Assembly: GCA_000002445.1 (NCBI GenBank)
Contig: CP000071.1
Span: 224,001-288,000, forward strand
Reading direction: 5' to 3'
Source: Trypanosoma brucei
Lineage: Eukaryota
DNA: 64,000 nt
Shown: positions 23,305-34,793 of the stretch, one piece after another
How positions within the stretch are numbered: position 1 is the stretch's first letter
Layout of the letters: every line of letters begins with the position of its first letter
Notes under the pieces: generated by a model
Told to the model about the DNA's origin: nothing
The model's database searches: none
What the model saw: the letters and a program-made list of their open reading frames with translations, nothing else
Position numbers and translations under genes: made by a program

Positions 23305-25641
23305 CTACACGCTCACAGCGCTGCTGTCACTTGCCGCAACATCACTTCTGGTTTTCTTTTCCCTCGCGCTCACTTCGGTGGCCTCAAGCTGAAGCAGTAC
23401 TTCTATACTGTCAGTGATGTCCTCCAACACTTCCACTCTCACGTCCTCACGGGTACGGAATGTAAGTAATGTATCCTTTCCACCAATTTTACGGCGCTGG
23501 CGCACCCACTGATATTGTGTGATGGACATGGCCAGGTTCAGTGCTATAATCACCAGAAGTATGTATACGACAGTCACAGTATTCGCAAGGAAGGTCGCTA
23601 GAGAAAACGAAGAACCCCCGGCGGAAGCAATTGCGGGAACGAGGGCGTCACCGAACATCATGAAGTAAAGTGTCATGAAAGAGTAGTTCACATCGGTGAA
23701 GCGACCGTCACTATGTGGTCCAAAGACCATGCAGTAAAACAAAACAAAACCAATGAACATTGGCAGAATACTCAACATACCAAGAAACAGCTTCGAGATG
23801 AGACGAAGCATCGCCTGTACATTGAAGTACATTTCGGGGAAATACCGCGATTGCGAAAGAAGATTCACACAAACGAAGAAGGCAGCCACCCCTAATGTCA
23901 TGTTTTCCACCGCATCAAAAAAACAAGACAACTGTACGCCAAACAGCCTCACAGAAAATAAGGAAACGTATAGCAAAATGAGAAGGTCGGCGACCAGACC
24001 AACAAAATGCCATCCATCGCCTCCCTTCTCCTGCAAACGGTGATGCCACTGCTCGTACATATTCATGAAACCAACTGGCCCGGAGTCACGGGCCCCTGGT
24101 CGAGACGTTCTGTGCATTATCCACTGATCAGCGTGATGTCGCACCCACCGTTTCAAGCTCTTCACAATAAGCATAGTGACACCACGATCACTGTCTGCCC
24201 CATCAATTTCACTCGGAGATGATTCAACATCAGTTCCCTCCGAGTGACATTTCCTGCCTGAACCAACACCTTCTCTGGCCCTAGGAAGTGAATAACCACC
24301 TTCACGACTCTTTTCGGCAGCCGCTTCACGTCGAAAAGAAATCGCGGACTTAAGTGCACGGAACCTGATCGCCATATCCAAAAGAGCAAGCAGAAACATT
24401 ACTGAAGTGAGGAGAAATCGCGGATGAATACGAGGTTGAATATGTTTTGCAGTTGATATAATATTGTATGTGGTCTCAACATAGCCGCCACGGTGGAAGA
24501 AGAATTTGACTTCGATCGTCCACTGGTATATAATCATACTAAAACCACTGGTAGATCGAGAACCGTCGGTCAGCTTGGCGATTACTTGTGGGAGTGTCCC
24601 ACGCAAACGTATACTACGCACATTATCCGTCAATGAAAAGAAAAAAACATCCGCATTAGTGGCCGCGTCGCCCTTAATTTGTCTCCTACAGGGGCTGTAG
24701 TATTTCCCAGAGAGGGTACTGAGCCTCGGTGCGCATGCGGTATTTATTCGAATATTGGGTGGGGAATCTAAAACATTACCTGAAGACGTTTCCGCACGCG
24801 AGTACCGACTGCTATACTCTTCCTCGCCGTCATTTGTTTTGCTACTTCCATTACTCCAATCCCTATATTCACTGGCAAACGGTCCTAGAGGATCTTCCTC
24901 GGTCAATGTCACTGAAAATATTTTTGTATCGGAAGGTCCGATATGCTCTCGTGAACCAAAGGCAAACAATTCCACGTCCATCTTCACGGGTGTCACCGCA
25001 TTAATCGTGACGGTTTCCGCTTCGCTAGTATCAGCAAGATTATTCATTTCCTTAGTAAGTATTCTATCCATCTCTTCAACACGCTGAGGTGTCTCCCCGT
25101 TCAAAATGTATCGAAGGAATTCCGTTCCCTTACCCGTAGCAGCACTCATGTAATAATGATACTTCAGTTCCGCCTCTGCTGCAGCAGCCAACTCGTAAAA
25201 TGCCGCGACAAAGTCTTCAATTCTCGAGAAAAGGTCCTTGCGGTTATGGACGAAAACGGTGGGGAGACGCACAATATCTCCGCTCTCCTTACCAAGATAA
25301 TCGTCAGCCAAAAAATGCCCAAGAACTGCTTTGCGTTTCACATAACTCGTTGTGTAGGAAGGCACGTGATATGCTAACGAAAGTACAAGAATACCGACTA
25401 GCATGAGCCAACTTACAATAAACCTGTGCGGAAGTGGCCGACCCATGAAGAGAAGGTCGGTAGTGGCGGAACCGATGCTCGCTGAATGCTCACGTCGCAC
25501 GCCGTCCCTTCCATTCATACGCTCCTCCGCTCCTTTAGAATCACGCCTTGTGTAAAGTAATGGCCGACACATGGCGTCAGATCCTGATGTTGAGTCCACG
25601 CCATCAGACCGACTCCATGCGCTTAGCGAAGACCCAAACAT
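23305..25641 (-). CDS. Polycystin/mucolipin-like (PKD-channel family) multi-pass cation channel, about 778 aa.
   Basis: Track ORF 23305..25647 begins with GTG, so I trimmed it to the ATG at 25639-25641 (MFGSSLSAW...). It shows the TRPP/TRPML topology: a cytosolic N-terminus, TM1 (FIVSWLMLVGILVLSLAY), a luminal loop of about 390 aa, then about five closely spaced TM helices with a pore-like segment (FDAVENMTLGVAAFF...FMTLYFMMFGDAL). Confidence 0.45.
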   Translation of the reverse strand: MFGSSLSAWSRSDGVDSTSGSDAMCRPLLYTRRDSKGAEERMNGRDGVRREHSASIGSATTDLLFMGRPLPHRFIVSWLMLVGILVLSLAYHVPSYTTSYVKRKAVLGHFLADDYLGKESGDIVRLPTVFVHNRKDLFSRIEDFVAAFYELAAAAEAELKYHYYMSAATGKGTEFLRYILNGETPQRVEEMDRILTKEMNNLADTSEAETVTINAVTPVKMDVELFAFGSREHIGPSDTKIFSVTLTEEDPLGPFASEYRDWSNGSSKTNDGEEEYSSRYSRAETSSGNVLDSPPNIRINTACAPRLSTLSGKYYSPCRRQIKGDAATNADVFFFSLTDNVRSIRLRGTLPQVIAKLTDGSRSTSGFSMIIYQWTIEVKFFFHRGGYVETTYNIISTAKHIQPRIHPRFLLTSVMFLLALLDMAIRFRALKSAISFRREAAAEKSREGGYSLPRAREGVGSGRKCHSEGTDVESSPSEIDGADSDRGVTMLIVKSLKRWVRHHADQWIMHRTSRPGARDSGPVGFMNMYEQWHHRLQEKGGDGWHFVGLVADLLILLYVSLFSVRLFGVQLSCFFDAVENMTLGVAAFFVCVNLLSQSRYFPEMYFNVQAMLRLISKLFLGMLSILPMFIGFVLFYCMVFGPHSDGRFTDVNYSFMTLYFMMFGDALVPAIASAGGSSFSLATFLANTVTVVYILLVIIALNLAMSITQYQWVRQRRKIGGKDTLLTFRTREDVRVEVLEDITDSIEVLLQLEATEVSAREKKTRSDVAASDSSAVSV

Positions 25642-27404
25642 AAACACTTCGTTTCGCGCAGCGAATCATGGAAAGAAAGAGAACAATTAGGTGAGGAAAT
25701 GTAAAATTAAATCGAATGTGTGCTATTAGAGAAAGAGAAAATGACAACAGCAGTGGATATAATCAAAGCTCCATTGACCCGTAACAATAATACCAAGAAT
25801 AGATTTACCTATTCAAATATGTCTATATAAATATATACCTTGTTAGATATATATATATATATATGTTTGCGTACATGCAAAAACACAAGAGTCATCCGCA
25901 ACCGGAATCAAGTTACATGTGAGAATCTTCACAAATCACCACGTGAGGTGTTGTCTTGTGTGCCTCCACATCGCCACCCCGACGCTTTCGAAAACTGTCG
26001 CCGCAATTTCCACAACCTTTCACTTTTCTTAACGCGCATGTGATTCCTTCATAAAAGGGAATGAAGGGGAGGGAAAAGAGCAGCAACATCAAAAAAGGAG
26101 GAAAAAAAAAAGCAAATGTAAAAGCAAAAAAAAAAATAAATTAGCGGCAGTAGAAGGAAAAATATAATGATACGGATGTAAGGAAAGCCACCGAAACCAC
26201 GCATAGCAACGACAGCTTGGAACACAAAAATAAGTGCTCGGCAACTGCTGAGGTGTAACAAATCAGCTGATATTTCTGGACAAAGCACATATTCAACACA
26301 ACACAACGCAACGACGCTCCTCCTACTGTAACCAAATGCTACACAGCAAATGCATTAAGTAACAGAGAGATTGAGAGAAAGAGTAGGAGCGTTTAAAGAA
26401 AAAAAAAGGAGGAGACGAGAAAGAGTGTGCACAAAGTTTAAGGAGGTAAGCTGGTCCCACAGAAGGTAAATTGTGTTTGTGTGTCAAGGGGGAAAAAAAA
26501 AATGAGGGACAATGAACGATGCGTTAATTACGATATGGTGAGACTTCGTCCACTCGAGGGATATCGTGTGAAAAGAAAAAGGTACCGCTACATTTTGCGA
26601 CTCCCGTGAGAATATCAACGCAACGCACTAACGAGCGAAGGCACATGCAACCACAACAAATAAAGTTCATTCCCACAGAATTGATACAAGCAGCCCATTC
26701 CAATTTCCTTTCAAAAAAAAAAATTAAAAAGAAATTTCGGCCGTCATTTCCAGCCCGCAAACACTGTCTCCCCACTGGGCTCCCTCTTCTCTTCTATCCT
26801 TTCTTTTTCTTTCTTTTTTTCTTTTTCTTTTTTTTTTGATCAGATTACTTCCTTCTTAAACGCCACTAACCCGCACCCCTCCGCTCAGCTCAGCCCAACC
26901 CGGCTGGTGTCTGTTCGCCGTCTCCACTCGGTATTTTGTTGATGTTTGTTTCTCCGGCTTTCGGTTACTCCCTTTTCTTTTTCTTTTTTTTTTTTAGGCG
27001 CGTTAAGATTATTTCTGGTGCAGAAGCCACAAACAATAATATGGAAGAAACGCACAAAAAAAAAACAGTGAGAAGAATATTTGCAAAGGGAAGAAGAAAG
27101 CAAAACAGCAACCAAAAAAAAAAGTGCTAAAACCGCTTGCACTATGAAAAGTAATCTCATCTTCCACAAAAAAAAAATTAGCTGGAGACATGATTGAATT
27201 CCTTTCATCAGCAGCTGCTGACGGTAAACCATTCGCTGACAGTCTCACACGTTGGTACGGAGTGCACAGTTGAAAATATGGTGAAAACTAATCGACCGCG
27301 CAAACTGCTTGACCAAGTTTGTAAATAGAGAGAGAATGAATATATATATATATATATATTTCGGAAAGAATGATGGGAAAATATCGAAACCAGGCGCCTC
27401 AAAG

Positions 27405-28079
27405 TCAAAACACCTCTTGAAGGGTTCCTTCCAGCAGTTCCTCATCATTAAAAAAACATTCAAGAGCTTCATCTAGAGATTTCTCATGAACCTTACTTAC
27501 GGGTACCACCTTCCCTCGCCCATTTTCCCGGCGCTTTTCGGGACTTGCAGGAACTTTAATACGTTGGTTAACAACCTTCGGAGGCGATAACAACCTCATC
27601 GTTGGTTCAATTTCAACCCTGTGCAAGTTCATATCCGTTTCAACATCTAGTAATGTATCATGCAGCAATTGCTCTTCCCTAAAAAACTCATCGAGAGTAT
27701 CTTCAAGCGATATGTCTCTCACCACTCTTGAGGTTTTTTCCGCTCTATTGGTTGTTTTTTCCACAATCGGAGAGATTTTATTTCCTCTGGAATCCTCCTC
27801 CTTGTGCCTTTTCACATTTGTTATATTTTCCTTTGGTCTCTCAACCGCTGTTGATTCGAGTGCATCCTCAACTTTTGGATTAATAATATTTAATTCGGCA
27901 CGGCACACGTTGACTCGGCGGGGCGCTACGAAATGGGCCCATTTTAGAGGAGCAACACGAAGAAACACGCCAATCAACACAAAAATAAGCACAGCACACA
28001 ATAACTCTAATATGATGGAAATGTTTGAAGCATACGCCAACTTTTCCCTATCGATTACCTGAAAGAAAAAAAAATACAT
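27405..28079 (-). CDS. Small hypothetical membrane protein of 224 aa, with a single N-proximal TM helix and a charged tail carrying an internal repeat.
   Basis: Starts at an ATG (cat at 28077-28079). It has the TM segment ISIILELLCAVLIFVLIGVFLRV. It also has two copies of the motif SLEDTLDEFFREEQLLHDTLLDVE and SLDEALECFFNDEELLEGTLQEVF. Composition is non-repetitive and it sits on the same strand as its neighbours. The poly-Phe right after the start is encoded by a poly-A run, so the true N-terminus is uncertain. Confidence 0.35.
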   Translation of the reverse strand: MYFFFFQVIDREKLAYASNISIILELLCAVLIFVLIGVFLRVAPLKWAHFVAPRRVNVCRAELNIINPKVEDALESTAVERPKENITNVKRHKEEDSRGNKISPIVEKTTNRAEKTSRVVRDISLEDTLDEFFREEQLLHDTLLDVETDMNLHRVEIEPTMRLLSPPKVVNQRIKVPASPEKRRENGRGKVVPVSKVHEKSLDEALECFFNDEELLEGTLQEVF

Positions 28080-28894
28080 CTCAGTACTCTCGCAGCGAGT
28101 CCCTCAAAGAAATGGTTTGAGTGAACACTTTAGTCTGCGATCACAAATAATAATTTTTTTAGAAAAAAAAAAAACTTCCCACTTTCCCGTCCGACCTTGC
28201 ACTATTCTGCAAGCACGTATCGGTTTATTTATCTTTATAATCTTTCGTTTACCTTGTCCCTTTTTCTCTCTTTTTTTTTTCTTCTTCGTCTTCTTTTGTT
28301 TTGGTGTGGCGCCTCCTTACTAAGATATGAGATATCTACGGCACCAAAACCTTTTTTTTTTAAAAAAAGAAGACTAAGCGGTAACAAAATGTAATTGTGC
28401 AGAATGTCATGGAAACAAATGAAGCTATTAGTTCAGAAGTTTGCAGAGTGATGACACACAAACACACAAACATATATATATATATATATATTTATATATT
28501 TATATTTATTGATTTATACGGTGGAGTTGATACACATATAATAGAAAGTAACAATAACAGTAGTAGTAGTAGTAATAATAATAAGGCTTAAAAAAAAAGA
28601 AAAAAGAGGGATGCAGAGAGGCGGAGTGCGCAGGTGGATGGGGGAAAATAAAAAGTAATTGAGGGTGAGAATAAAAGTAAGTAAGCAAGTAACTAAAACA
28701 AAAAAAAAAGTAAAACAAAACAAAACAAAACATGCACACGGAAGCCCACATACACACGCCTGCGCACGTCTAGTGTACGAATATTGGTCAAAGAATCTTT
28801 AGAATGACATGAACATACACACGCATATCCATTCCTCTCTTTAAGTGATTGCTTACAGATTGTTAAATATAGTTAAGTATAAGTGTAAATATAT

Positions 28895-28926
<32 letters not shown>

Positions 28927-30845
28927 ATTTGTGCGTGTGTGTGTGTATTTTTTTTTGTGTTTCTTCTTTTAGCCATCTGATTTAGCAGTGTCGACACCCG
29001 AGATCCGTAGTCAAGAGAAAAATGTTGGGAATAAGTAATAATCGTAAAATAAAACAGAAAAAAACAGATCAGATCAGAAGATATTGTCGCAAACAAAAAA
29101 AACGAAAAATCGGGGAATCTTGGACTGAAAAGGTACGGAACGGTAACATAAAAAATCATAAACAAAAACAAATGATTTTTTTTTTTAAAAAGAGGCGGTG
29201 AAGTAAAGCAGGAAAGGTAAAAGCAGTAATGACGACGGGATTAACCACCTGGGAAGACAACAAAAAGGACAAAGGTAAAATTGAATGGGGAGAAGGGAGT
29301 GGTTCGTACCGTCGCTGCGGTGAACCTTAAGCAAATAAAGATGAGATGAAAAAAAAAAAGAAGGAAACGAACAAACTCTTTTAGTTTTTGACAAAAATTG
29401 GCATTTTCGTACTACCTCGACTCCTCCCTCTTTTTGTTATTGCTGTTGTTTTCGGGGCTGCGAAACTATCAATATGAGGGGGGGGCGGAGGAAAAAAGCA
29501 AAAACAATTACAATTACAATTACAAGATCATTATTTTATATGACAGCTATTACGCACCTTAATATCAGTACGCGTGTGTTTACTTTTAACAAAAATAAAA
29601 TCACACATTAACAAACAATCATAAATGCCTTTATTTCCTTCTCCCACCACCACCACCACCCCCCCTGTGATAACCATTCAACTGCCTTTATTATTCCCTT
29701 TTCTTGTGTTTCTTTTTTTGTGTGTGGGTGTGTGTTTTTGTGTTTCGCATAACCTAACAACCATGTGTATTATATACCGAATTAAATATATGCCCGTAAA
29801 TATCGATATATATTAAATATTTCTCCACCCCTTCCTCTTTCTTTTCCTTAATTTATTTTTTCTTCCATCACCGTGGAAAATTGCTCATTGGTTCACTGTT
29901 TTATCACCACACACTTTTAATATCCCCCTTCCTCCACTTTACATTGCGCCACCGCAACAAAAAAAAAAGATACGAAAAAAAAAACAAACATAACATAACA
30001 TTAAAAAAGCAAATGAACTTAAACAACATAAATGGTAAATAGAAAACACGTAAAGCGAGTGAAATGAGTTGGTTGTAGAAATATGAAGGGGTTGAAAACA
30101 AAAATAAAAAGAACAGACAAAAAATACATAAATAAATTGAAGAAATCTGGAATTAAATATATATATGTGTCTGTTGTGCATAGTACACGTAAATGTCCAC
30201 AAAACCCTAACTCATGAAGAATATGGGAAAAAAAGATATTGTTGTCGGCGTTGATGAGAGTTTAAGGAACATAACGAGATGATAAGCACCAAAAAAAGAA
30301 AAAAAAAGAAAAACAAACATTTGTCAGACCACAAAAATAAAAAAACAATGGAACCTGAAACAACACAACTGCGCCGAGATTCGATTATCATTTAAAGAAA
30401 AAAAGGAAGGAATAACATTTAAAAACGAAAAAAAAACAAGAGAAAAAAAATCAGACAACGATACACCGACGGAATGAATAAATTAATAAAAACACGACGA
30501 ATGTAACTGCGCAAAGAGTAAAGACGGAAGTCGAACACAACAAACAGAATAACGAGGTAAACAAAAACGAACATAAGATGATAGAAACACCAAGGATACG
30601 CAATATTACACAATCACGCAGCATACGAGAAGGGGGGAAAATGAATGGAAAAAACAGCCAAAACAAGAGAGATGCACGACGGATAGAAGATCAACTAAAA
30701 AACAAAACGGGTTGAAAAAAAAAAAACTCAAAAAATTCAGCGAGGGAAGCGCATAGGAGTCACCAAATATGCGATTAGTTTCCTCTCAAGAGTCAATGCA
30801 ACACACCGCATGCACACATAAATATATATAGATATATGGATATAT

Positions 30846-30848
<3 letters not shown>

Positions 30849-30882
<34 letters not shown>
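30849..30882. repeat. (TA)n microsatellite of about 34 bp.
   Basis: Seen directly. Confidence 0.9.
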
Positions 30883-30886
<4 letters not shown>

Positions 30887-33209
30887 CCCCGTACTTTCCT
30901 TCATTTCCTTCCACATAAACATGTTTTTATGCTTACTTTTTCTCCCCTCCTCCTCTTCCTCCCCCTCAGTTCGTTTCTCTACCTCAGTTATGTTATGTTG
31001 CATCACAAATTTTTCGCTCCGCCATATATCTAAATAAATATATATATTTATATATATTTATTTATTTATCAATACTTATTTATAAGCATATGCATATCAA
31101 TGTTTCAATTATCTTATCAACAGCATCCATGTACTTAATAACTTTTTGGCCTCCAACACTTATCCACGGCACCGAACAGAACGAAACTTTTTCATATAAT
31201 ATTCCTTTAACCGATGTGCCCCAAAGATATATACAAACGCAATTAGAACAACAAAATCATCATCTGCGTTATGATGATTTCCTCTTTTTTTTTCTTCTTC
31301 TTCTCATTTTCTTTTATTTTTTTTTTAATTTCTAATTGTAATTATTTTCTTCCTTCCACACACACACACCCAAGTGGTCATAAACACACGTACATGCATA
31401 ATTATATATAAGTGTGGTATATATATATATATATTCCCTACCCCATAATATCATATTATATTGCACCAAAGGTGCGAATACAAACGAAAAAAAAATCAAT
31501 ATACATAAATGTATAAAATATGGATGCGTATGGTTATAATCGCAAAGGTTTATCTCTTGTCTTCTTATTTCTCTCTCACATAATTAGATATTTTTCTTGT
31601 TTTTGTTTATTTTCCCCTTTAGTTCTTTTTGTTTTTTTCTTAAAATCGCCTTCGCCACCAAAAAACCAAAAAAAAAAACATAAATACATACACACACGTA
31701 ACCTTCCCGCATTCTCCATATCTGCTGAATGGTTGGTTTGTTCACGATTTATTTATTTATTTATTGTTTTGTTTTCGCTCCCTCCCCTCTCTTTCTCTTT
31801 CTCTTTCTCTTTCTCTTCCTCATCCAAAATCCAAATTCCCTCTTCCTGCTTCTTTTTTTTTCTTTTCTTTTTTTTTCTTCTTCTTGCTTTTGATATTTAT
31901 TTAATCATTTTATGATTATTATTTTGTGTGTGTGTGTGTGTTTGTGTGTCTGTTCTTTTCCTTCTATTTCTCATTCTCTTTCTCATTCCCCTCCTATTCT
32001 TATTTCTTTTCCTCTCCCTCACTTTCCTTTTTCCTTTTTATGCTTCGTTATTACCTGTGCTTTTTCTTTATATAAATAAAAAGAAAAAATTGATGGAAAA
32101 GAGAGAATAATTAGTGCCAATTCAGAACAAATGGGGTACCTGAAAAAAAAAAACAGAAAAATAAACAAAAAAAAAGAAAAATAAGTAAAAAGTCCACACG
32201 ATGTTCGATTGTTTTGTGTGGTCGCTGCAACAAACAGTGAAAAATATTGTTCGATCCTAATTAGTAAGTTTCCTTATTATTTTTTTTTAATTAGTACTGA
32301 CTGATTCACTTCTGAGGAAACGCTTCAACAGCATTTCTATTTTCTTTTTTTTTTCTTTTACCTTCCTCCTTTTCTAGTAGAATTACCTCCTTCTTTCTTC
32401 TTTTTTTTTTATTATTTAAATATTTTTTTAATTGATTGTTATGACTATTCTTTTTTTTTCTTTTTTTGAAAAAGAAAACTTTTTGTTTCACCTGCATCTC
32501 TAACTTCCCTCTGATATTTTTTTATTTTTCTTTTCCTTCACGATATAAAATTAGCCCGATTCGGTTCACTTTTAAGCCTTTAAGTTCATATGAGGAGAGG
32601 GAAACAAGAAAGAAAGAAAGGAAAAAAAAAAGAAGAAAGGGATAAATTTGAAATAATTAAATCCATGCATTCCAACAAGGAAGGAAACGTTCATTTTCCT
32701 GGCCGTATTTGTTTTGTTTTGTTTCCCTCATTTCACATACCCATAAAATTGTGTTGCTCCATTTACTGAGTAATGGATGACAACAATAACAGGAAAAGAA
32801 AAAAAAATGGTAATAATAATTATTATTATCATTATGGTAATAATATATTTTTTTAATGACTAATAATAACAATAATAATAATATTAAAAAAAGAAAAAAA
32901 GAAAGGGGAACAAAAAAAAACTCGATGTGCTTCGTCTTCTTCACCTTAACTCTAACCGCTCCCCATAGCCTTCGTTTTCGTATTTCCACTTGCATTCGCA
33001 AAAGGTAATGATAGTAATAATATTAGTAATTGTAGTAATTATAATAAATATAATAAATATAGCAACATAACGACATGGCATATTTTAAATTGTAAAAAAG
33101 GGTGAGGAAAGAAAAAAAACAAAGAGGGGAACGGACAAAGGGGAAATAGAGAAGCTACAAGGAGAAGTTTAAAAAAAAAGAGCGCTTCAGGGCATTGGCA
33201 TATGGATAG

Positions 33210-33215
<6 letters not shown>

Positions 33216-33252
<37 letters not shown>
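33216..33252. repeat. (GA)n polypurine microsatellite of about 37 bp, which is (TC)n on the transcribed strand.
   Basis: Seen directly: agagagagag... at 33216-33252. Confidence 0.9.
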
Positions 33253-33256
<4 letters not shown>

Positions 33257-33586
33257 AAAAGTGAGCTAAAATAAAGGTAAAAAGGAGGAGGGAGCAAAAA
33301 AAAAAAAAGAGGAAAATAACAACAAAACAAACGCGGAAAGGATCAACAGAAACACAAACAAAGATATGCACCCGCACACGCGTACACAAAACAGGTGGAA
33401 AAGGAAAAAAAACTGAAAATGGAAACAAAAGGGGAAAAAATGGGAAAAAATGGGGGATCACAACGTTGTTCAAAGAAACCTAACAACTCAAAAAAAATTT
33501 TCCCCCTTTTTCTCATTCTTCTACTCGCACCATACAAAAAAAAACAATAAATCGCAGCCGTGGGAGCGTTGGCAAACACAACACAC

Positions 33587-33632
33587 ACACACGCACACAC
33601 GCACACACGCACACACGCACACCGCCACAATT
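33587..33632. repeat. (CA)n/(CACACG)n tract, which is GT-rich on the transcribed minus strand. It lies about 200 nt past the kinase stop codon.
   Basis: Seen directly: cacacacacacgcacacacgcacacacgcacacacgcacacc. Confidence 0.9.
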
Positions 33633-33843
33633 AATATATTGAGGGAAAAAAGAAAAAAAAACTCTACCGCACTTCATCATTTTAAAAAGAGGGGGGGAGG
33701 AGAAAAGAAATACAAAAAAACCGTTGAAACACATTCAACCAAACACATATCGAAAAGGAACTTGAAGACAAGCCTTCGGAGGAATGATAATCAAGTAAAT
33801 GAAGGCTATGTCAATGACGATTATATGCGGGTGTAAAGTCTCC

Positions 33844-34734
33844 CTAGACGGTTTGTACCGCATTTTGCACCTCTTCATCCGATACATGAACCACCTGATG
33901 AGTGTTCGGCACCGTTTGGTTCCCGCCTTCCACAAACCATGGATGTTGGGTAATCTCCGCAACTGTTATTCGACGCCGCGGGTCTACGGTTAGCATGCGC
34001 GAAATAAGACTTCGAGCGTTAGGTGAAAAGTGACGTGACATGCGATACTCCCCTCGCTCAATTTTGGTAAAGAGAGCATTAACATTCTCGTCATCAAAAG
34101 GAAGATATCCCGCAAGCATCACAAACAGCACCACACCGCAGCTCCACACATCAGCCATCACACCGTCGTAGCCGCGTTCCTTCAGTACTTCAGGAGCCAC
34201 ATAATTTGGAGTGCCGCAAACGGTTTGCAACATCGTCCCTTGTCCACCTGCATTTCCATTATGCAAATGGCTGAGACCAAAGTCGCTTATCTTCAGTGTA
34301 TCATCCGAGTCAAGCAGCAGGTTTTCAGGCTTAAGATCGCGGTGGGCAATACCTTGGCTATGACAATAGTGAACACCTGCAATGAGTTGATGGAAGTAGT
34401 GACGTGCAGTATTTTCATCAAAACGCTTTGCTGCTGCGATTTTATCAAACAACTCCCCACCAGTAACGAGTTCCAGTACAATGTAAATGTGGTTGGTTGT
34501 TTGCATAACCTCTCGAAGCTCGATAACATTCGGTTGGCGCAACACCTTCATTACTGCAATCTCTCGTTTGAGTTGCTCTTCCATCCGCTCCCGCACGAGT
34601 TGTTCCTTGTCTATAATTTTAATGGCCCATTCTTTTCCAGTTTCCACATCACGGCCAATCTTTACCTTTGAGAAGTTTCCGGATCCGAGCGTTTTTCCAA
34701 GTTCATAACGCCCAATGCGTTTCGTACCTCTCAT
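33844..34734 (-). CDS. Serine/threonine protein kinase of the CAMK/CAMKL type (AMPK/SNF1/CIPK-like catalytic domain only), 296 aa.
   Basis: Track ORF 33844..34896 trimmed to the ATG at 34732-34734 (MRGTKRIGRYELGKTLGSGNFSKVK...). The dropped 54-codon extension runs through a (TA)n tract (IYIYIYIY) and is non-coding. All kinase subdomains are present: GxGxxG, VAIK, HRDLKPENLLL, DFG, APE. Confidence 0.8.
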   Translation of the reverse strand: MRGTKRIGRYELGKTLGSGNFSKVKIGRDVETGKEWAIKIIDKEQLVRERMEEQLKREIAVMKVLRQPNVIELREVMQTTNHIYIVLELVTGGELFDKIAAAKRFDENTARHYFHQLIAGVHYCHSQGIAHRDLKPENLLLDSDDTLKISDFGLSHLHNGNAGGQGTMLQTVCGTPNYVAPEVLKERGYDGVMADVWSCGVVLFVMLAGYLPFDDENVNALFTKIERGEYRMSRHFSPNARSLISRMLTVDPRRRITVAEITQHPWFVEGGNQTVPNTHQVVHVSDEEVQNAVQTV

Positions 34735-34766
34735 GACGGTAATTATATCAAACGCGCAGGTATCAA

Positions 34767-34793
34767 AATATATATATATATATATATATATAT
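34767..34793. repeat. (TA)n microsatellite beginning about 35 nt upstream of the kinase ATG.
   Basis: Seen directly. It accounts for the spurious IYIYIYIY N-terminal extension in the track ORF. Confidence 0.9.

Noticed and set aside
28080-33843. Low-complexity ORFs in the 5.7-kb spacer (for example 33039..33473, 32657..33001, 31520..31915) and similar ORFs in other spacers (35338..35707, 39863..40456, 40302..40972, 41293..41921).
   Set aside because: They are translations of simple-sequence DNA (poly-F/L/S/K); I treat them as artefacts.
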